DNA of 64,000 nucleotides, taken from a virus. Under the pieces are notes generated by a model. It had not been told where the DNA came from. It ran no database searches and saw only the letters and a list, made by a program, of their open reading frames with translations. Both the position numbers and the translations under genes were made by a program. The stretch is taken from positions 3,228 through 67,227 of the IMG/VR virus record IMGVR_UViG_3300006162_000012; one strand, written 5' to 3'. Shown in pieces: positions 37,157 to 46,671 of this stretch. Position 1 is the first letter of the stretch; each line of letters begins with the position of its first letter.

Positions 37157-38773
37157 TCATGAAGCTTTGCGCTCAGCAAACAGTTTGTCAATCGAGTTAT
37201 CCGCCCCGCCAGCCTTCGCGCTCGTGCCATGGACCACAAGCCCCTCATCTTCCTCTTCGGAGAGATCGGGTACGTCCTCAGGATCAAGGCCGTCGTAGAT
37301 CGAGTTGGGATCGCTCGCCAGCCGCTTGCGCGAATCTTCAGGAGAGAGCACGCCAGCGTCGATCAGGATGACGTCTGTGTTCGCCTCCTTGTTGCGGCGT
37401 TCGGCGCGCTCCAATTCGCTTTCCTCTTCGAGCGGGCGGAACTCGAATGTGATGGACTCGTCGATCTCATTGAACAACGAGAGCTGGACCATGCACAAAA
37501 CGCGGTGCAGCGGATCGCGGAACAAATGCTCTTGGCGGGCGTGGATGAAATCATAAAAGACTTGGATCTCGCCCTCGGACGAAGCGTTCAATCCGGACGG
37601 CGAAATGCCCGTCAGCTTCACGAGCGGGATCTTGGAGACGCTCGACATGTGCTCTTGCGATTGGGCCTGCAGCTCGTGGAGCCCGCCCAATGGCGTCGAG
37701 ACATTGACGAAGTCTTCGCTAGCCATGTCCAACATCAACAGTCCACGATTGGACCGGACATTGTTCATCATGTCAGCGCGCGAGGACAACGAGTTGTAAG
37801 ACGAGAAGTCGCCGCCCTGCAGGGCCGCTTGCATATCCGTCTTTACCACCGACACAGAGAAGTTGAAGATCAGGTCAGCGACAGACTGCTTGGTCTTGAG
37901 CCAGATGTCGACGTAGCTCTTGGCGAGCTGCGAGAGCGATAAGCCGCCGAAGTTGTAGACCGGCTTCAACAAGTCCGGCACCTCCCGCCCGACCACCGTC
38001 AGCAGGCGCGTCGCCGAGACCGGCTTGCCCATCACATACCACAGGCGCGGTTTGTACCAATGCTTGGACAGCGGATTGGAGCTGTCATAGTCCGACGGAT
38101 AGCACCAGATCGGCTCGACGTTGCGCAAAGCCGTCAGCGGATTGGTCTTTCCGATCTTGACCTTTGAAGTGTCGTCGCGTCCGTCGCCGATCGGCTTCAT
38201 AAGCTCGTCGTCACTGACCTTGTCTTCATCGCCCAAACAGACGAAGATGTGGCCGCAACCGAACTGGCCGTCGTGGATAGCGCTTTGATAGAAAGCCTTC
38301 TGCACCTTCAGCCGATCGAACTCCAACTCGATCTTCTTGATCTTTTCGGCGACCGCTTCGTCGTCTTTTGAATTGGACTTGATCTCGATCCACTTGCGGG
38401 TCATCTCTTCCGCGATGGTCTCGTAGATCATTCGGTATTCTGGACGCTGCGCAAGCTCGGAAAGGTAAGGGTAGCCCAGGAACTGCGTTCCAGCGACGCC
38501 CCACGAGGCGAACTGGCTCGATGCCCAGGACATATCGTCCATGGCGAACTTTGGCTTCACCCCTTCAGGCAGCACGCCGGGCGGCGGAGTGTAGGGCTTG
38601 AACACCTGGGCTGCGTTGCTCGCCTTACCGCCCAAAGCGGCGGCTGCACTCTCACGGATGTCCATGCCGAGGCGCTTAGGGGCCACACCCGCTGGCTCCG
38701 GCGCGCGGGCCGGGGAAACGGTGCCGTTGAAGAGCGCCAGCCACTCTAGCCCACGCGTGAGCCATGAGCTCAC
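37157..38773 (-). CDS. portal protein (DUF1073-like)
   Basis: FLGYPYLSELAQRPEYR, IPLVKLTGISPSGLNASSEGE; start placed at GTG 38773, overlapping the terminase stop. Confidence 0.9.
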   Translation of the reverse strand: MSSWLTRGLEWLALFNGTVSPARAPEPAGVAPKRLGMDIRESAAAALGGKASNAAQVFKPYTPPPGVLPEGVKPKFAMDDMSWASSQFASWGVAGTQFLGYPYLSELAQRPEYRMIYETIAEEMTRKWIEIKSNSKDDEAVAEKIKKIELEFDRLKVQKAFYQSAIHDGQFGCGHIFVCLGDEDKVSDDELMKPIGDGRDDTSKVKIGKTNPLTALRNVEPIWCYPSDYDSSNPLSKHWYKPRLWYVMGKPVSATRLLTVVGREVPDLLKPVYNFGGLSLSQLAKSYVDIWLKTKQSVADLIFNFSVSVVKTDMQAALQGGDFSSYNSLSSRADMMNNVRSNRGLLMLDMASEDFVNVSTPLGGLHELQAQSQEHMSSVSKIPLVKLTGISPSGLNASSEGEIQVFYDFIHARQEHLFRDPLHRVLCMVQLSLFNEIDESITFEFRPLEEESELERAERRNKEANTDVILIDAGVLSPEDSRKRLASDPNSIYDGLDPEDVPDLSEEEDEGLVVHGTSAKAGGADNSIDKLFAERKAS

Positions 38774-40047
38774 TGAAACATCTCCCGACGAAGACGCGAG
38801 CCGCCATTGATGAACACAGCCGCCGCCTCTCGATTGATGAGCATGGGTTTCTTCGCTCGGGTCAAATGGTGATTGGCCTGCGCCAACGCGCAAACGCAAT
38901 CGTCGTGAGCGCCCTCCGGCGCTGAGTACCGCGCGCCAGTGCGGGTGTACTCATATTCAAACTGCTTCAGCTCGATCACGATCGGTCCGTCGGGATAGCC
39001 GACCTTTCGGTTCTGGATGGAGACCGCAAGGCCCTCCATGATCTGTTGCTTGGATTGAGAGCTGTACTTGAAGCCCTCGAAATTGGAGCCCAGCTCCTTC
39101 TGCAGGAGCTCAACGACAGGGTCACCCACGCCGGTGGAATCGACCAGAGCCGGAACACGGCCTGTCATGGACTTGATGATGCGGATTGTCTCGTCCCAAG
39201 GCTTCTGAAAGCGCTGGAACTCGCAGACATCGCCGTTCTCATCGAGGCCGACGCCAACAGTCCAATCGACCGCCTTCGCCAAGTCCCAGCCCCAAGCTTT
39301 CGGCGGCTTGCGCGACATCGGCTTGACGCATGCAGCAATTTGCGCATCGGTGCCGAACGGATTGCCGCCGTCGTCGTTCGGTTCGGCGAGGTAGAGCTCT
39401 TTGAACACCCCAGCAGGCAAATCGCGCTGGGCGCTTTCGACTTCGTCCTTCGTCAGGACGCCTGCCTTGACGGCGTCGTATGCCACCATGCGGTGGTAGC
39501 TCAATCCCGGCGAACCTTTCTCTGCACGGCGGCAAAGATCATAGAACCAATTCTTACGGCCCTTCACGTTCCCGATCGCCCGCAACGGGCCTTGGGTCGC
39601 GGTCAAGGTCGAGCGCACGGCGTGCCAGGCTTCCGCCCTCGCGCGGCTGGCCTCGTCCATCACAGCCGCCCAAACGTCTTCACCATAAAGGTTGTCCGGC
39701 TTCTCGCCAGACTTGAACCAGATCGACGAGCCATTGATCAGCGTCAGGCGTTGGTCGCCGTCGTGCGACGAATAAATGCGCTGCGGCATGCCGCGCTTCA
39801 TGCGGGAATAGGCGATCCGCGCTTGAGGGTAAACCGGGGCCACCCACCAATAGTTTCGGCCTTTCACCGACGCTTGGTAAGCTTGTTCGAACAACCAAGT
39901 GATGCAGGAAACTGTCTTCCCGGTCTTTGTGCTCGCCTCGACGAACGACATGCGCGCTGGTTTCCCGTCGCAGTCGAACGGGTTGAAGATGGCCTCAAGC
40001 TGCTTCGGATACATCCAAGGACGCGTATACTTATACTCTTGCGTCAC
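38770..40047 (-). CDS. terL: terminase large subunit
   Basis: Walker A STKTGKT, Walker B VMDEA, nuclease acidic residues GWDLA..D.T and HDD. Confidence 0.93.
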   Translation of the reverse strand: MTQEYKYTRPWMYPKQLEAIFNPFDCDGKPARMSFVEASTKTGKTVSCITWLFEQAYQASVKGRNYWWVAPVYPQARIAYSRMKRGMPQRIYSSHDGDQRLTLINGSSIWFKSGEKPDNLYGEDVWAAVMDEASRARAEAWHAVRSTLTATQGPLRAIGNVKGRKNWFYDLCRRAEKGSPGLSYHRMVAYDAVKAGVLTKDEVESAQRDLPAGVFKELYLAEPNDDGGNPFGTDAQIAACVKPMSRKPPKAWGWDLAKAVDWTVGVGLDENGDVCEFQRFQKPWDETIRIIKSMTGRVPALVDSTGVGDPVVELLQKELGSNFEGFKYSSQSKQQIMEGLAVSIQNRKVGYPDGPIVIELKQFEYEYTRTGARYSAPEGAHDDCVCALAQANHHLTRAKKPMLINREAAAVFINGGSRLRREMFQ

Positions 40048-40622
40048 TCGTCGTCGCCCATCGGGCTAAAATCTAAGACTTCGCCTTCGATCATCTTGTC
40101 GGCGGGGGTGGCGTTTTGCGTCGCCTTCAGTTCGATCTGCTGCTTATTCGCGCCGTCGATCGTCATCGTGAATTCGAACGCGTTGCCGCTAGTCCCAGTT
40201 TCTGGCGCAGCTGGCGCTTTGTCGCCGTACTTCTTCGGGAGGATCCGGGACATGATCCATTTACGAGTGTCTACGCGCAAACGAGACCGCGCTAAATATT
40301 CTCCGTTTTCCCGCCAACCGACGATAGCGCCTGATTCATCGCGCTTCGCCATATAATCATTCGTTCCATCGTCTGAAATATCGACGATTTCGTCAGCGAA
40401 CGTTTCGGCTTGAATTTCTCTTGCCCGCGCATATTGAGCGTAAAAACCTTCACGGTCTTCGATCGCCCAGCGTCGGATCGTATGATGGCCAGGAAGTCGC
40501 TCATCACGGCAAATCTGCCGCAAAGATTCTCCCGCAGCTAAGCGATCGCAAACTTCTTTAGCAATCTTTTTTGAAAAAGAAGATGGCCGCCCAGGAAGCC
40601 CTTTAACTTCCTTCCGAGCCAT
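40044..40622 (-). CDS. terS: terminase small subunit
   Basis: GRPS, GESLRQIC, YARARE, RLRVDTRKW, PKKYGDK. Confidence 0.9.
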   Translation of the reverse strand: MARKEVKGLPGRPSSFSKKIAKEVCDRLAAGESLRQICRDERLPGHHTIRRWAIEDREGFYAQYARAREIQAETFADEIVDISDDGTNDYMAKRDESGAIVGWRENGEYLARSRLRVDTRKWIMSRILPKKYGDKAPAAPETGTSGNAFEFTMTIDGANKQQIELKATQNATPADKMIEGEVLDFSPMGDDE

Positions 40623-40708
40623 AGTGCATCTCCATCAGCAAAAACGTTTCACGCCTCCCACCAATTTTGGATGGGTCCAGCCCCCCCATGGGCAGGACGG
40701 AGCCGCGG

Positions 40709-41221
40709 CTAATGGACTGCCGGGACGCCCGAAAACGCGCTTGACTTGATACGCATTTCCCTCGTCGATCCGAAGACCTGAGCGAGGACATACAACTCAT
40801 TCTTTTTGACGCGGGAAACCACCGCGCCCATACCATCGAGGAAAGATCCTTCGATATGAAGGACACCTTTATCCCCCACGCGGGGACCTACGCTAGGCGG
40901 CAAAGGCCTCACCCCATCTGCGCCGACGAGCGAACGCACAAACGCCATGACCTTTTCGGAGATGGCCACGGGCTCGCCGTCGAACGACACAGGGGTGATG
41001 AAATCGCTTACAGGATGGTAAAGCCGATCCGGGATGTCGGCGAAGAGATATCCTGGGAACAACGCCCGGACCTCTTTGCAGAGTTCGAACTTATTCCCCC
41101 TCACCCGCACACGGCGCATCGCTTCAGTTTGGGGGAAGAAAACTGGCACGGAAAACCGCTTAAGCTCGCGTAAAGCAAGCTCTTGCCTTGTCGATGTGAC
41201 ATAAGCGGCGAACCACGTCAT
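40709..41221 (-). CDS. NusG-family transcription antitermination factor
   Basis: start at MTWFAAYV; LFPGYLF NGN motif; KOW-like VGD..IEG.F.G..AVV; VFG. Confidence 0.8.
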   Translation of the reverse strand: MTWFAAYVTSTRQELALRELKRFSVPVFFPQTEAMRRVRVRGNKFELCKEVRALFPGYLFADIPDRLYHPVSDFITPVSFDGEPVAISEKVMAFVRSLVGADGVRPLPPSVGPRVGDKGVLHIEGSFLDGMGAVVSRVKKNELYVLAQVFGSTREMRIKSSAFSGVPAVH

Positions 41222-41279
41222 AGCATCCGCGTATACCACGGTAAAATCATATTGTAAACGTAAAAGCCTTTTCCAGCAG

Positions 41280-41613
41280 GCCAAGAGGGCCTTTTTCACC
41301 TCATGCTATACGAACTATTCGATACTTCGAGAGAGTCGTGCATAGTGTGTAATATATATATAATGTAAGGACGGCTTTTTATAAAATAATACACTATATA
41401 AAAAGGTTGTATAGTTTGTATAGTCCGTATTTTTCCTAACGATTACAATGGCCCTCCCTATCCGACCTTTACGGCCTTCTCCGCCGCTATTCGGTCTTTT
41501 TCCGTTCATTAAAAGTAGTCTACCATTTTGGTATAATTAAATTTTTCTCTTACAATACGGGCTTTTGGCCCTTTTCACTATTCGGCCTTCCCCTTTTTAG
41601 GCCCTTTTTCACC
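41280..41613. other. AT-rich repeat region, candidate replication origin
   Basis: very AT-rich (TATATATATAAT); tandem TTGTATAGT x2; GGCC(C)TTTT(T)CAC x3; CTATTCGG(C/T)CTT x2; directly downstream of the primase-helicase. Confidence 0.5.
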
Positions 41614-43728
41614 TGGAAGATTGGCCCGGTATTTATCCCCTTTTTGTAACGGCCAAGGACGGGCGAAACCGCGCCTATTATTGAAGACTAACGGTTTCCA
41701 CCCGTTTGTTTGCATCGCCCGGTTGCACCGGTAAGCGACGCCCGGCCGCCAGTGGGACGCGTCGATCTCTAAGGTTAGCCGAAGATCTTCCGTCGAAATG
41801 AACCACCGGCCTCTTTCTTCCTGGATAACACCGATCTTCCCGAACGGCGCTCCTTCTAAAGGAGGGGAGAACCCGCCGATTTGCTCTTCCCACGGATCCG
41901 ATTGCCGCTTAGACTCCTGCTTCTCCCGGGCTAACGATTCGAGGTCCCTCGGTAAATAAAGATCCGGGTCGGCCTTTTCTTCTTCCATCGCTTCGGCGAA
42001 TAATTGGTCCCTAATTTCGAGGATCGAATCTGTGTCGATTTCTTCCTGTATTTCGTGGGGCCAAAAGCGCCGGTTGCCAGTCGACCCCTGGAGATAATCC
42101 CCGACGTTATTCGTCGTTCCCCACACGACGAAGCTACGGGGTTTGTTCATATTATAAGTGCCCATTTCGCCGAAAGCGTCCCGCCCTCCGTCCTCTTCAC
42201 GGGTGATGAACGATTTGACGTCCTCGACGTCCGAAGCGTGGAACCCGGCCAATTCGGCGATTTCAAGCACCCACTTCCCTTGGAGGGCTTCTTTGATAAG
42301 CTTCCCTCCCTCTTTCATCAATTTATGGACCGGCTCCCGGCTGACGTATCTAGCGTCGTTGAAGTTCCCGCTTGTGAGGACGTTAAGGAGGGAAGATTTG
42401 CGCAATCCTTCCCCTCCTTCCGATATTGGCACATAATCCCATTTGCATCCGGGGCGGAAGATGCGGCGGACCATCGCGAGGAGGACAAGGCGGCCTGTCT
42501 CCCGATTGAGCGGCGTGTCCTCGACATTGCAATGGTCGACGAACCAATCCTTAAGCCTTTTCTTCCTATCCCACTTCAAAGCGTTCAAATAATCTTTCAC
42601 CGGGTGGAACGTGTTCCATTTCGCCGCCCGGACTAATCCGTCTAAGGCGTGCTGCCGGCCGGGATCGAAGCCGAACGTGGAATGGCACCAAAGCCTGAAG
42701 CTAAGCGTCAATTCTTTCACGTTGTTCTTCGCCATCCCTCCTTCGTCGTAAATGATAAGCCCCGCGAATTCGTCGAAACGGAGGTTGTAGCTTGACCGCC
42801 TCGCCGCCACGACGGCGTTCGGGAAAGTCGGCCGTGGCGTTCCGTCTTTAGAAAGATCAAGGAAAAGGAGCCCTTCGTCTTCGACGCCCTTATTGACCTC
42901 GGCGACGCTTTCTCCAAGTATGTCGTAGACGCTATCGGGGTTTACGCCCGTAAGCTCGATGAGCCTTGGGAGGCCGACGGCTTTTTCTTCGTCCTCGATC
43001 CTTTCATATGTCGTCTCGACCGTCCGGCGGACTTTCTTCACATTATCGCCGACTACGCCCGCCAACGCTTCGATGGCTTCCACGGCTGTTTCTAATTCGA
43101 CGCCCCTACGCGTCAACGCGCCTGCGAGGGCGAGCGTCGCGTCGTTGCGCACGCCTGCGGGCGCCCAATGCCTAGAAAAGAAAGCCATCAACGCAGTGAG
43201 CCGAGCTCCTTCGACCAACGCCGATCCGTCCACTTCAGGCGGCGGGCCTTTGTCCCAGGCTGGAGAAAACTTATAAATGTCCCCCGACGGATGGCCGCTT
43301 TCGGGAAAAGCAGAGCAGCAATTTTGGATGCGCACTTCAAGAAGAACATTGTCCTTTTCGATTTCCTTATCGACTATTTTAATGACCGTTTCGTCGTCCC
43401 GCGCGGAGAGCTTCGTTCGGTAAAGAAAATGCGAAGCAGGATTTTCTGAACGTCCCCAGATGAACGTCGTCTTCGGGAGGAAAATAGAAGCGAACGGCTT
43501 GACCTCTTCGCAATCAAGGTCTATGTCGGTCGCGCCTCCCACGCCCATTTGCACGGCGACGTTCTTGTTTTCGAACGTGATGTCAGCGTATTCTTTTTCG
43601 GTCCATTCCTTAGACGTCGGACCACGTTTGCCTTTTTCCACTGGAATAGGTTTAAGGCCGAGAGACCTGGCGAGGGCTGCGCTTCGCTTTCCTGCTGCAG
43701 GGACGAACGGGATAGGATCTTTGCTCAT
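41578..43728 (-). CDS. primase-helicase: bifunctional prim-pol N-terminus plus VirE/VapE-like ATPase
   Basis: DIDLD, SHFLY, RNDATL; FHPVKDYL, PGCKWD, GGEGLRKS Walker A, EIAEL, GTTN, TGNRRFWP. Confidence 0.88.
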   Translation of the reverse strand: MSKDPIPFVPAAGKRSAALARSLGLKPIPVEKGKRGPTSKEWTEKEYADITFENKNVAVQMGVGGATDIDLDCEEVKPFASIFLPKTTFIWGRSENPASHFLYRTKLSARDDETVIKIVDKEIEKDNVLLEVRIQNCCSAFPESGHPSGDIYKFSPAWDKGPPPEVDGSALVEGARLTALMAFFSRHWAPAGVRNDATLALAGALTRRGVELETAVEAIEALAGVVGDNVKKVRRTVETTYERIEDEEKAVGLPRLIELTGVNPDSVYDILGESVAEVNKGVEDEGLLFLDLSKDGTPRPTFPNAVVAARRSSYNLRFDEFAGLIIYDEGGMAKNNVKELTLSFRLWCHSTFGFDPGRQHALDGLVRAAKWNTFHPVKDYLNALKWDRKKRLKDWFVDHCNVEDTPLNRETGRLVLLAMVRRIFRPGCKWDYVPISEGGEGLRKSSLLNVLTSGNFNDARYVSREPVHKLMKEGGKLIKEALQGKWVLEIAELAGFHASDVEDVKSFITREEDGGRDAFGEMGTYNMNKPRSFVVWGTTNNVGDYLQGSTGNRRFWPHEIQEEIDTDSILEIRDQLFAEAMEEEKADPDLYLPRDLESLAREKQESKRQSDPWEEQIGGFSPPLEGAPFGKIGVIQEERGRWFISTEDLRLTLEIDASHWRPGVAYRCNRAMQTNGWKPLVFNNRRGFARPWPLQKGDKYRANLPGEKGPKKGKAE

Positions 43729-43770
43729 TGCGTTCGATCCTGAGCTTGCTGCCTCCTTGTTGTTTTTCTA

Positions 43771-43799
43771 TTTACGCCATGGCCTAAAAGGGATAAATA
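43771..43799 (+). promoter_or_regulatory. plus-strand sigma70-like promoter, antisense to the primase leader
   Basis: TTTACG, 17 nt, TAAATA; the same CTATTTAC context recurs at 43927. Confidence 0.45.
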
Positions 43800-43840
43800 A
43801 AACATTGGCCCAATCTTTCCGAGTATTGGCGCTATTACCT

Positions 43841-43879
43841 GAAAGCCCGGCCGCCGCCCCGCAGCCGGGCTTTCTTTTT
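43841..43879 (+). terminator. Rho-independent terminator
   Basis: 11-bp stem GAAAGCCCGGC/GCCGGGCTTTC followed by TTTTT. Confidence 0.7.
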
Positions 43880-43989
43880 GCGCTAGAACGCCGCTTATAA
43901 TCCACTAAAAAATTTTTGGTATCCCCCTATTTACTACATGAGCCCTGCAGGCCTAGCGATGGAAGCTCCAAAAAAGGGGTCAGGCCGCC

Positions 43990-44253
43990 ATGCGCATCAA
44001 CGTTTATTCTCAGGAGCTTACGGACGAAACTTCCATCGTCGAAAAGAAGTCTGACACAGGCGTGGTCTATTCCGGCGTCCGGCTTATGCTTAGGAGTTCT
44101 GAATTCCTGCATGATTATCCTTTCGACGACGACCGCTCGGCCGTGACGTTCTGGCTTCCTAAGACAGTTGCGCGGCGGGAAGAAATCGCCAAGGCCTTCG
44201 AAGAAATGGCTGCGCTTACGCGGTCGGCGAAAGCTGAAACAGGAATGGACTGA
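43990..44253 (+). CDS. hypothetical phage protein
   Basis: MRINVYSQELT..DDDRSAVTFWLP; first gene of the plus-strand block. Confidence 0.7.
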   Translation: MRINVYSQELTDETSIVEKKSDTGVVYSGVRLMLRSSEFLHDYPFDDDRSAVTFWLPKTVARREEIAKAFEEMAALTRSAKAETGMD

Positions 44254-44254
44254 G

Positions 44255-44422
44255 ATGAAAAAAGAAGAACTCCCCTCTTTTTACAAATTGACGCCGGCGC
44301 AGGTCCGCGAGATCCGCCGACGGGAAGACGTAAGCGTGGCGCATTTCGCAGAGAAATTCAGCGTCTCGAAGATGACCGTGAGCAAAGTCCGCCGTGGACT
44401 TACATACCGGAGCGTGCAATGA
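44255..44422 (+). CDS. small HTH DNA-binding protein
   Basis: KLTPAQVREIR..AEKFSVSKMTVSKVRRG.TY. Confidence 0.7.
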   Translation: MKKEELPSFYKLTPAQVREIRRREDVSVAHFAEKFSVSKMTVSKVRRGLTYRSVQ

Positions 44423-45117
44423 CTAAGCCGAAAGATTACGAACTCCACGAATTCTGCGCCGCCTTCCCCGAGCTCGAAGCGAAAGATTTGCAAGACCTCG
44501 CCGACGACATCTACGCCAACGGCCTTCGCCATCCGATCATCCTCTTTGAAGACAAGATCCTTGACGGGCGGAACCGTTACCTCGCGTGCAAGATCCATGG
44601 CGTCGAACCGGAATTCGAAGAATTCCAAGGACCGCGGACAAAAGCGCTTGACTTCGTTGTCTCCGAGAACCTCGCCCGCCGGCACTTAAGCACGGCCGAA
44701 AAAGCTTTCGCCGCCGCCCGTCTATCCGACCTCCGCGGAACGAAAGCCCAAGATGAAGCCGAGCACCTTAAGGTCTCGTCGTCGTCCGCCCGCCGCGCGG
44801 AGAAGATCATCGATAAAGCCATTCCCGCTATCCAAGAAGCAGCGGAGAAAGGCGACATCACGCTCTTCGACGCGGCGAAGCTCGCGGACAAGCCGGCGGA
44901 AGTCCAAGAAAAAGTCGCCCGTTCTAAAGACAAAGACGCGGCTGCGAAAAAGGCGGTGAGCCCGCCGGTCCAGCCGCTCAAGACGATTATGACAAAGGAC
45001 GACAAGAAGGTCTTGGCGGAGATCGTGGACATCTGGAACATGGACCTTGCCGATATGTGGAAGCAGCTCGGCGACGTGGCGAAGGGGAAATTCATTTCTG
45101 ATGTCCTGGAGTATTGA
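44419..45117 (+). CDS. ParB-N-like domain protein
   Basis: L.DDI..NGL.HPI, ILDGRNRY.AC, SENL.RRHLS, then an HTH. Confidence 0.8.
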   Translation: MTKPKDYELHEFCAAFPELEAKDLQDLADDIYANGLRHPIILFEDKILDGRNRYLACKIHGVEPEFEEFQGPRTKALDFVVSENLARRHLSTAEKAFAAARLSDLRGTKAQDEAEHLKVSSSSARRAEKIIDKAIPAIQEAAEKGDITLFDAAKLADKPAEVQEKVARSKDKDAAAKKAVSPPVQPLKTIMTKDDKKVLAEIVDIWNMDLADMWKQLGDVAKGKFISDVLEY

Positions 45118-45131
45118 AAAAGGATTGAAAT

Positions 45132-45563
45132 ATGCCGCAGCCTCTTATCGATTATGGAGCGTATTGGCGCGCTAGGCCCTCTGTCTACGAGAAGGCGCGG
45201 CGGGAAGCGACACCGTGGATAGCTCCGTTTATGGAAGGGGTGAAAGGTGAGACGCAACTCCGTAGCGTCTGCATCCATAGCGGCGTCACTAGCCTCGATC
45301 ATTTGCAGGAATTTGAAGATGAGTTTTATACGCTTCCTTCTGCTGGAAAAAAGTTGACGAAGATCGTCGCCGACCGATTTTGGAAGAAAGGCGTCGTTTG
45401 GCTCCCTAAAATCCTGCCGACTAAACGCTACGATCCTTTCAAGGAAGAGATATTCGAACAAGCTTTCTTCAGGCGGTTAAAAGTCGTAGGGAACGACCCT
45501 ATTTACGAAATCAGGAAACAAGCTGCCCAAGAAGCGCTCAGGCAAATGAGGACCATCGATTGA
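45132..45563 (+). CDS. hypothetical protein
   Basis: 143-aa ORF with RBS, in operon. Confidence 0.65.
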   Translation: MPQPLIDYGAYWRARPSVYEKARREATPWIAPFMEGVKGETQLRSVCIHSGVTSLDHLQEFEDEFYTLPSAGKKLTKIVADRFWKKGVVWLPKILPTKRYDPFKEEIFEQAFFRRLKVVGNDPIYEIRKQAAQEALRQMRTID

Positions 45564-45916
45564 TGGTCTCGTTCACCTACGCTTCGTGTGGGACAAGCCT
45601 CTACATAAATTATATGAGTGCTGACTCAGGAACCACTATTACCTTAACCGGGACTGGTAATCATTGCCCGCATTGCGGCTATTCGCTGTCGAATCACCCT
45701 TACGAATATCCGGCATTTTCAGGAGCTGTCTCGCAAGCATTCAATGATCTAGACTGGCGTTCAGATTTCCCTGCGCGGGTCGCTTGGTTCCTTTGGGGCA
45801 AGCCACCGCCGTTCCGCCCGAACGCTTACGCGGCCTTCATCCGGCCCGCGAAGCAAGCCGCAAGGCCGCGCTGCCGATCGCCGCCTTGTGGATTTCTCCG
45901 GGGGGAATTTCAATAG
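45560..45916 (+). CDS. hypothetical protein with CxxC motif
   Basis: HCPHCG; overlaps the upstream stop. Confidence 0.45.
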   Translation: MMVSFTYASCGTSLYINYMSADSGTTITLTGTGNHCPHCGYSLSNHPYEYPAFSGAVSQAFNDLDWRSDFPARVAWFLWGKPPPFRPNAYAAFIRPAKQAARPRCRSPPCGFLRGEFQ

Positions 45917-45986
45917 GGAGAAAAGGAATGAACGCAGAAGCGGCAATCGAGAAATTAGGCTACAAACTTCAGCCAGGATTTAAACC

Positions 45987-46295
45987 ATGAAGATCGTTTG
46001 GACCCATTGGCGCAGGCCGAAAGAAATCGCGGCGATGAAGGCTGCGGGGACGCTCCCGACGGAAGAATTCGAAGTTGTCGACCATATCGCTTCTTATCTT
46101 GCTAGCACTAAATACGGCGGGAGGCAAATCGTGGAATTCATCGTTCAATCAGCTCGGGATAAAAACGAGGACGCGTTCCGCGACGGAGGAAAGATCGTCA
46201 TCCTCGAGCCAGAAGCGTTCGCTGACGCCTATGAAATATCCGTCAGTTGGAAACCGACGTTCTTCATCATGCCGAGTTCCGCGTTACGGCCCTGA
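45987..46295 (+). CDS. hypothetical protein
   Basis: 102-aa ORF. Confidence 0.55.
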   Translation: MKIVWTHWRRPKEIAAMKAAGTLPTEEFEVVDHIASYLASTKYGGRQIVEFIVQSARDKNEDAFRDGGKIVILEPEAFADAYEISVSWKPTFFIMPSSALRP

Positions 46296-46631
46296 CAAAA
46301 TTTTCTGGATCGTCGGCCAATCGTATGGACCGGCGTAGATAGGAACTTCCATTTCAATGTCTCTGCCTTCGTATATCGCCGTGGCAAATTGGTCGCCCTC
46401 GACGATGAAGCATCGGCCTCCTAAAGAGGACCGTCGTTGGAGCCAGCCCTTTTGGCCTGGGCGGAGCGGTTTCCCTTTGCGCTTGAATTCGATCCATACG
46501 TCGATCCCGCCGTGGAAGAGGACATGGCAATCTGGGACGCCCCAAGACACATATGACTCGATCGGCGTGAATTGGCGCCGCTTCAAGTTTTTCTGGAACT
46601 TAGCTCGAAGGCCGGCGTCGGCTTTCCCCAT
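46284..46631 (-). CDS. VRR-NUC / Holliday-junction-resolvase-like nuclease
   Basis: GVPD, WIEFK, LRPGQ..W, GG..F. Confidence 0.8.
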   Translation of the reverse strand: MGKADAGLRAKFQKNLKRRQFTPIESYVSWGVPDCHVLFHGGIDVWIEFKRKGKPLRPGQKGWLQRRSSLGGRCFIVEGDQFATAIYEGRDIEMEVPIYAGPYDWPTIQKILSGP

Positions 46632-46632
46632 A

Positions 46633-46664
46633 GGGTTTACTTTCAGGTTAGTTTAGCTTAAAGG
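46633..46664 (+). promoter_or_regulatory. phage promoter motif GGGTTTACT (copy 1)
   Basis: TTTACT, 17 nt, TAAAGG; motif recurs at six other intergenic sites. Confidence 0.55.
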
Positions 46665-46671
46665 AGCGGAT

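Noticed and set aside
36921-37160. 79-aa ORF coupled to the portal stop
   Set aside because: It overlaps the gp7/MuF gene by 158 nt in another frame and has no recognisable features
46648-46661. Possible CtrA box near the promoter
   Set aside because: Half-sites and spacing do not match TTAA-N7-TTAA
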